Below are positions 58,855-64,000 of a DNA stretch of 64,000 bases, piece by piece (the first letter of the stretch is position 1; the number at the start of each line of letters is the position of its first letter). Source of the DNA: Acidobacteriota bacterium. Lineage in GTDB: Bacteria > Acidobacteriota > UBA890 > WLXD01. The position numbers and the translations under genes are program-made. The stretch is taken from positions 576,001-640,000 of the forward strand of contig CAXWPH010000015.1 in NCBI GenBank assembly GCA_963666055.2. Direction: 5' to 3'. A model generated the notes under the pieces. It did not search any database. It saw only the letters and a list, made by a program, of their open reading frames with translations, and was not told the DNA's origin.

Positions 58855-60552
58855 GTGAAAGCAGATCTCGACCCGATCACCGTGCAGGTCATCCGTGGCG
58901 CCATCAAGGCCGTCGCCGACGAGATGATGGTGAGCCTGATCAAGACAGCCCACAACCCGCTCATCTACGAGGTGCAGGACTTCGGGGTCGGGCTCAGCTC
59001 ACGCCACGGCCATCTGCTCGCCGATGGCTCGGGCCTACCGGGATTCATCGGCTGTCTGCCACGCACCGTGCGCAGCGGTCTCGAGGTTATCGGTGCCGAC
59101 GACTTCGCCGATGGAGACATTCTGCTGAGCAACGAGCCGTACGACACCGGCACCCACATAAGCGACACCGTGGTCTACATGCCGATCTTCCATGACGGCC
59201 GACTGGAGGCGTTCTCGGCCATCATGGCCCACTGGGCCGACATCGGCGGCATCACCCCGGGCGGCTGGTGCCCTGACTCCACCGACGTCCACCAGGAAGG
59301 GCTGCTATTCCCACACCTGAAGCTCTACGACGCCGGCAGCCTAAACCGGGAGCTGCACCGCCTGATCCTCGCCAACGTGCGCTTCCCCGGCATCGTGGAG
59401 GGCGACCTCAACGCCATGATCGCGGCATGTCGCACCGGGGCCCGTCGCTACCAGGCGCTGTGCGACCGTCACGGCGCCGACCGGTTGCGCAATGCGATGG
59501 AGACCGTGTTCGACCAGTCGGAGCGCCGCATGCGGCGTGAGATCACCGCCATCCCCGACGGTGAATACAAGGCCGAGACGATCATGGACCACGACGGTGT
59601 GGAGACCGACAAGCCGTTCGCCATGCGGGTCAAGGTGATCGTCGATGGCGACGAGCTGCGAATCGACTGGGAGGGCACCGATCCGGTGACCAAGGGGCCG
59701 GTCAATCACCCCGGACCCGGCACCGAGGCGCTCGGCGAGGTGGCGATCAAGTCACTGCTCATGCCGATGGAGCCGATGAACCATGGGCACCTGCGACCGA
59801 TCAGCGTCAGCGCACCGGAGGATACGGTGGTCAATCCCTCATACCCGGCACCTACCGACTCCTACGGCTATGTCGGGGAGATGGTCCTTCATCTGGTGGT
59901 GCGGGCGCTGGCGGTCGCGATTCCGGATCTTTGTCCCGCCTGCTCGTATCAGATGTGCGGCGCCAGCTTCTACCGCATGGACCCCAGGCTCGGCAAGCCG
60001 TTTATCCTCACCGAGCCGGTTGACGGCGGCGGCGGCGCGCTGCCCCACGATGACGGACCCAGCGGTACGATCTTCGTTGGCGACGGAGATGCACCCAATA
60101 CCCCGGTCGAGGTGATCGAAGGTCGCTATCCCATCCTCATGCGACGCTACGCGTTCAACTCGGAGGGCGCCGGCGCCGGAAAGTACCGCGGCGGCTTCGG
60201 CGTCATCCGCGATTACGAGATGCTCGAGGACGACATCCTGGTGCAGACCAGCAACGAAAACAGTCTCCATCCGCCGTGGGGGCTATTCGGCGGCGGTCCC
60301 GCCGGCGTCAGCACCGTCGTCCTGTGGGAGGGCAGCGACCGCGAGCAGGTAACCACCGGTCGCTTCGCCCGGCTCGGCCCCTTCAACCGCGGCGATCGCA
60401 TCAGCGTACGCACAGCGGGTGGAGGCGGCTGGGGCGACCCGAAGGATCGCGATCCGGGGCGCGTGCGTGACGATGTTCAGAACGGCTTCATGAGCGCCGC
60501 AGAGGCCGAATTGGTTTACGGTGTGACTTTCGACGGAGAGGAAAATGGCTAG
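58855..60552 (+). CDS. Hydantoinase B/oxoprolinase family protein
   Basis: DPIT, NEPY..GTHISD, HWADIGG, GAGKYRGG and TAGGGGWGDP. Confidence 0.93.
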   Translation: MKADLDPITVQVIRGAIKAVADEMMVSLIKTAHNPLIYEVQDFGVGLSSRHGHLLADGSGLPGFIGCLPRTVRSGLEVIGADDFADGDILLSNEPYDTGTHISDTVVYMPIFHDGRLEAFSAIMAHWADIGGITPGGWCPDSTDVHQEGLLFPHLKLYDAGSLNRELHRLILANVRFPGIVEGDLNAMIAACRTGARRYQALCDRHGADRLRNAMETVFDQSERRMRREITAIPDGEYKAETIMDHDGVETDKPFAMRVKVIVDGDELRIDWEGTDPVTKGPVNHPGPGTEALGEVAIKSLLMPMEPMNHGHLRPISVSAPEDTVVNPSYPAPTDSYGYVGEMVLHLVVRALAVAIPDLCPACSYQMCGASFYRMDPRLGKPFILTEPVDGGGGALPHDDGPSGTIFVGDGDAPNTPVEVIEGRYPILMRRYAFNSEGAGAGKYRGGFGVIRDYEMLEDDILVQTSNENSLHPPWGLFGGGPAGVSTVVLWEGSDREQVTTGRFARLGPFNRGDRISVRTAGGGGWGDPKDRDPGRVRDDVQNGFMSAAEAELVYGVTFDGEENG

Positions 60553-62077
60553 TCGTTCGCTGGTGATGCTCGCCGCAGCCGTCCTGGCGACGAGCTCGAC
60601 GGCCCAGGAACCCGTCGACGAGGGCGTCGTCGCTCGAATCAAGGAGGAAGCGTTTCAGCACTCTCAGGTGCTCGACACGTTGATCTATCTGAGCGACGTC
60701 TACGGCCCACGGCTTACCGGGAATCCGGCGTACTACGAGGCGGCCGTGTGGGCCAAGGAGAAGCTGGAGTCATGGGACCTCGACAACGTCCACTTCGATC
60801 CCTACAGGGACGACCTGCGCGGTTGGGACATCGAGTCATACTCCGTGGAGATGGTCGAGCCGCGCTACATGAACATCACAGCGCTACCCGATGCCTGGAC
60901 GCGGGGCACGGACGGAGAGGTCATCGGCGAGCCGCTGCTGGTGGACTACACGTCGCTGGATGCTCTACGGGCGCTCCGCGGTCAGCTACGCGGCCGAATC
61001 TTGCTGTCTCCGGAAGTACGCACGCAGGGCAAGCGGCGCGAGGGCGTGTTCACCGACGAGCAACTGGCCCACGCCGAGAGCCACCTTGTTCCCGATAACG
61101 ACGACAACCTGGACAATGCCGACCTGGAACCCTCGCCGGGTCGCAGAAGGGGAAGCGCTGCGGAGATGCTCGAACGTCAGCAGCTGCTTCTGGATGAAGG
61201 GGTGGCCGCAGTCATCCGCGGCAGCGACAAGAGACCCGGCGTGCTCGACGCCAACCAGCAGCGCTACACGCGCCAGGGCGACCTCAAGCCGGTGCCGCAC
61301 TTCGCCATCAGCAGGGAACAGCACGGGCGCATGCTACGGATGATCGAGCGCGGCGCCACGATCAAGTTGAGGCTCCATCTGAACGTCAGCTTCTACACCG
61401 ACCCGACCTACCACACGAACATCATCGCCGAGATTCCCGGCACCGATCTCAGCCACGAGTTGGTATTGGTCGGCGGTCACTTCGATTCCTACCACAGTGG
61501 TACGGGCGCGGCGGACAACGGCGCCGGCTCCGCCACCACCATGGAGGTCATGCGCATCCTCGAGACCCTCGGTGTGGAGCCCCGCCGAACGATCCGGCTG
61601 GTGCTCTGGGGCAGCGAGGAACAGGGGCATCTGGGCTCTCGCGGGTACCTCGCCAAGTACGTAGCCGACCCGGACACCGGCGCCGATCTCGGCGAGCTGA
61701 ACCGGATCTCCGTCTACTTCAACCACGACAACAACGGCCACAACATCCGCGGCATCCATGGCCAAGGCAACGAGGCTATTCGCCCGATATTCGAGCGCTA
61801 CCTGGAGCCCTTCCATGCGATGGGCGCCGAGACCGCCAGCGTGGAAAACGCCGGCGGCACCGATCACCTGGGCTTCAACGCAGTCAACATCCCGGCGTTC
61901 GAGTGGATCCAGGATCCGCTCCAGTACCACACTACGCAGATTCACTCGAACATGGACGTGCTGGACTACGTCACCGAAGCAGCCCTGAAGCGCAACGCCG
62001 CGATCATCGCGACGTTCGTCTACCACGCCGCGATGCGCGACGAGATGATGCCGCGCAAGAGGCTCGGCGACGGTTAG
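60545..62077 (+). CDS. M28 family metallopeptidase, secreted
   Basis: GPRLTG, GGHFDS, GAADNG, GSEEQG, TDH and HSNMD. Confidence 0.92.
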   Translation: MASRSLVMLAAAVLATSSTAQEPVDEGVVARIKEEAFQHSQVLDTLIYLSDVYGPRLTGNPAYYEAAVWAKEKLESWDLDNVHFDPYRDDLRGWDIESYSVEMVEPRYMNITALPDAWTRGTDGEVIGEPLLVDYTSLDALRALRGQLRGRILLSPEVRTQGKRREGVFTDEQLAHAESHLVPDNDDNLDNADLEPSPGRRRGSAAEMLERQQLLLDEGVAAVIRGSDKRPGVLDANQQRYTRQGDLKPVPHFAISREQHGRMLRMIERGATIKLRLHLNVSFYTDPTYHTNIIAEIPGTDLSHELVLVGGHFDSYHSGTGAADNGAGSATTMEVMRILETLGVEPRRTIRLVLWGSEEQGHLGSRGYLAKYVADPDTGADLGELNRISVYFNHDNNGHNIRGIHGQGNEAIRPIFERYLEPFHAMGAETASVENAGGTDHLGFNAVNIPAFEWIQDPLQYHTTQIHSNMDVLDYVTEAALKRNAAIIATFVYHAAMRDEMMPRKRLGDG

Positions 62078-62095
62078 CAGGGTGCTGAAGAACTC
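62078..62095 (+). repeat. Family C solo end (IS-like)
   Basis: cagggtgctgaagaactc begins immediately after the TAG stop of the M28 gene. Confidence 0.65.
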
Positions 62096-62133
62096 CGGTG
62101 GGTCTGGTAACGGCGGCGTGAGGGTTGCTGGCG

Positions 62134-62961
62134 CTACTCGTGGTGCGTGTACGCCTCTATCTCGAGCTTCATGCCCGCGTACTTACCGTCCGGCGCCACG
62201 GACGGGAAGCGGTACTCCGGATTGCTGAGGATGGCGAACACGGCGGTGTCGCCCAGCCTCAGCATCTCCCTCGTGTTGAGCCGCCATTCCTGGCCGATCT
62301 GATCGAGGCGCCCCGGGAGATCCTGCGCACCGAGGACCGAAGTGAACGCCCAGTAGATGTACTCCGAGACCATGCAATCGTAGTCGCATGTCTCGTCGTA
62401 GTACGAATACCAAGCGCCATCCGGATACTCGTCGGGAACCCCGAGGAACCGCCTGCCGCGTGCCAGATCCATCGCGTTGGCGATCTCGGTACCTGGCACG
62501 CGACCGAACACCGAGGGGTAGGCGCCGCCCCATCCATAGTCCGACACCATGTGCAGGATCTCTTCCAGGGCAGTATCAAACACACCTCGGGCTCTCGCGC
62601 CCGGTCGGGTCTCTTCGTCGTAGAGGCCCTGGCCACGCGGGCGCTCGCTCCGCGGCATGCCCCTGGTCTCGCCCTGAGTCTTGGTCATGGCGATGGCCCC
62701 ACCCTGGTCGAGCAACGCCTGCATGATCTTCGGGTTGTCGGGCACACCGTCTTCATCGTTGTCGATGTACTGCGCCAACACCCCCGCCGCGTGCAGAAGC
62801 TTGTCGTCGCCGGTGGTGTTGGTGGCGTAGATCGGTACGCCGAAAACATCGACCTTCTTGGTAAAGGCCACCTTGCCCGATTGCCGAGCTAGCAGTGCGG
62901 AAGCAAACAGCAACGCGACACCGATACCGAACCCAAACGAGGACAGCTTACGCAGGTTCAT
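62134..62961 (-). CDS. Secreted hypothetical protein, possible atypical metalloprotease
   Basis: Signal peptide; DNDEDGVPD Ca-loop-like motif; EEILH and SEYIYW. Confidence 0.65.
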   Translation of the reverse strand: MNLRKLSSFGFGIGVALLFASALLARQSGKVAFTKKVDVFGVPIYATNTTGDDKLLHAAGVLAQYIDNDEDGVPDNPKIMQALLDQGGAIAMTKTQGETRGMPRSERPRGQGLYDEETRPGARARGVFDTALEEILHMVSDYGWGGAYPSVFGRVPGTEIANAMDLARGRRFLGVPDEYPDGAWYSYYDETCDYDCMVSEYIYWAFTSVLGAQDLPGRLDQIGQEWRLNTREMLRLGDTAVFAILSNPEYRFPSVAPDGKYAGMKLEIEAYTHHE

Positions 62962-63011
62962 GTGGCTTCCTTCCGACCGCGCTTATCGGTTTCCGAGTCG
63001 ACGAGCGCACC

Positions 63012-64000
63012 TCAGTTGTTGTCGACGAACTGTGCCAAGGGTTGCTGCAGGGTCGGCATGCCGAGCTCTTGCAGCTCGTAGGTCACCCGTAGGGCCGGGA
63101 CGTTGATCTCCACCAGGTGGCGCAGATCGATCGGCGTCGCAATCAACACCAGGTCACAGGGCGTGGCATTGATCGTCTCCTGCAGCTCGTTGATCTGCTC
63201 GGCGCCATAGCCCATTGCCGGCAGACACATCTCGGTCTGGTCATACTTGGCGAATGTCTCGGCGATGCTGCCGACGGCGAACGGACGCGGGTCGACGAGC
63301 TCGGCGGCGCCGTACTTCATCGCTGCGAGGACCCCGGCGCCGTATTCCATCTCACCGTGGGTAAGCGTCGGTCCGTCCTCGATGACTAGCACACGCTTGC
63401 CGGCGATCTCCTCCGCACCATCGACAAACTGCGGCGAGGCGGCATCGATCACCAGCGCACCGGGGTTGCACGCGGCGATGTTCTCGCGCACCTCCTGGAT
63501 GTTCTCCGGCGCTGCACTATCCATCTTGTTGATCACCACGATATCCGCACGACGCAGATTCGCCTCGCCCGGGTAGTAGCTGACCTCATGGCCCGGCCGA
63601 TGCGGGTCGACGACGACGATCTCGAGGTCAGGGGCGATCAGCGGCAGGTCGTTGTTGCCGCCGTCCCAAACGATGATCTCGGCCTCCTTTTCGGCCTCCG
63701 CAACGATGGCGCCATAGTCGACCCCGGCGTAGACGATGGCGCCGCAGCGCACATGCGGCTCGTACTCCTCGCGCTCCTCGATGGTGCATTCGTGCTTGTC
63801 CATGTCCTCGAGCGTCTCGAAGCGCTGCACGCGTTGTTTCACGAGGTCACCGTAGGGCATCGGATGGCGGATGACGACGACCTTCTTGCCCAGCTCTTGA
63901 AGTACCTCCACAACGCGGCGGGTCGTCTGGCTCTTGCCGCAACCCGTACGCACGGCGCAGATCGACACCACTGGAACCGCGGCACTCACCGTGCCGGTCT
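63012..64000 (-). CDS. Predicted P-loop GTPase (cyclic 2,3-diphosphoglycerate synthetase-like), 5' part outside the window
   Basis: AVRTGCGKSQT, RHPMPYG, WDGGNND, INK and EDGPTLTHG. Confidence 0.85.
   Translation of the reverse strand, partial: TGTVSAAVPVVSICAVRTGCGKSQTTRRVVEVLQELGKKVVVIRHPMPYGDLVKQRVQRFETLEDMDKHECTIEEREEYEPHVRCGAIVYAGVDYGAIVAEAEKEAEIIVWDGGNNDLPLIAPDLEIVVVDPHRPGHEVSYYPGEANLRRADIVVINKMDSAAPENIQEVRENIAACNPGALVIDAASPQFVDGAEEIAGKRVLVIEDGPTLTHGEMEYGAGVLAAMKYGAAELVDPRPFAVGSIAETFAKYDQTEMCLPAMGYGAEQINELQETINATPCDLVLIATPIDLRHLVEINVPALRVTYELQELGMPTLQQPLAQFVDNN

Noticed and set aside
1108-62892. Many long antisense or alternative-frame ORFs (e.g. 1108-2334, 35272-36435, 45722-46771) and long N-terminal extensions in the ORF track
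   Set aside because: Shadow ORFs typical of high-GC DNA overlapping well-supported genes, with Arg/Pro/Ala-rich translations lacking motifs
1-64000. CRISPR array, rRNA, tRNA or riboswitch
   Set aside because: No regularly spaced direct repeats or recognisable RNA gene motifs seen by eye; an Infernal/tRNAscan run would be needed to exclude small RNAs

Overview
High-GC bacterial DNA, probably Acidobacteriota or a similar lineage, inferred from the PadR + ADOP permease pair and the many secreted peptidases and Tat-signal enzymes. It contains a heme biosynthesis cluster (hemF-H-A-C-D-B-L-[response regulator]-E), a catabolic cluster (two Rieske oxygenases, SDR, ThDP enzyme, GPH transporter, homocysteine S-methyltransferase), a dpp-type ABC operon scrambled with hydantoinase/oxoprolinase genes next to an intact IS5 (TTAA duplication), a DES1-like sphingolipid desaturase, and about eight broken genes. 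The most unusual signal is non-coding. Several families of CTAG-bounded miniature elements sit at or next to TAG stop codons and stack at one site (40915-41232). Two of them have unrelated terminal inverted repeats (TIRs) but share the same ~270 bp two-armed hairpin architecture and a homologous ~55 nt internal module. No rRNA, tRNA or CRISPR array was seen. All calls come from reading motifs by eye; no database search was run.
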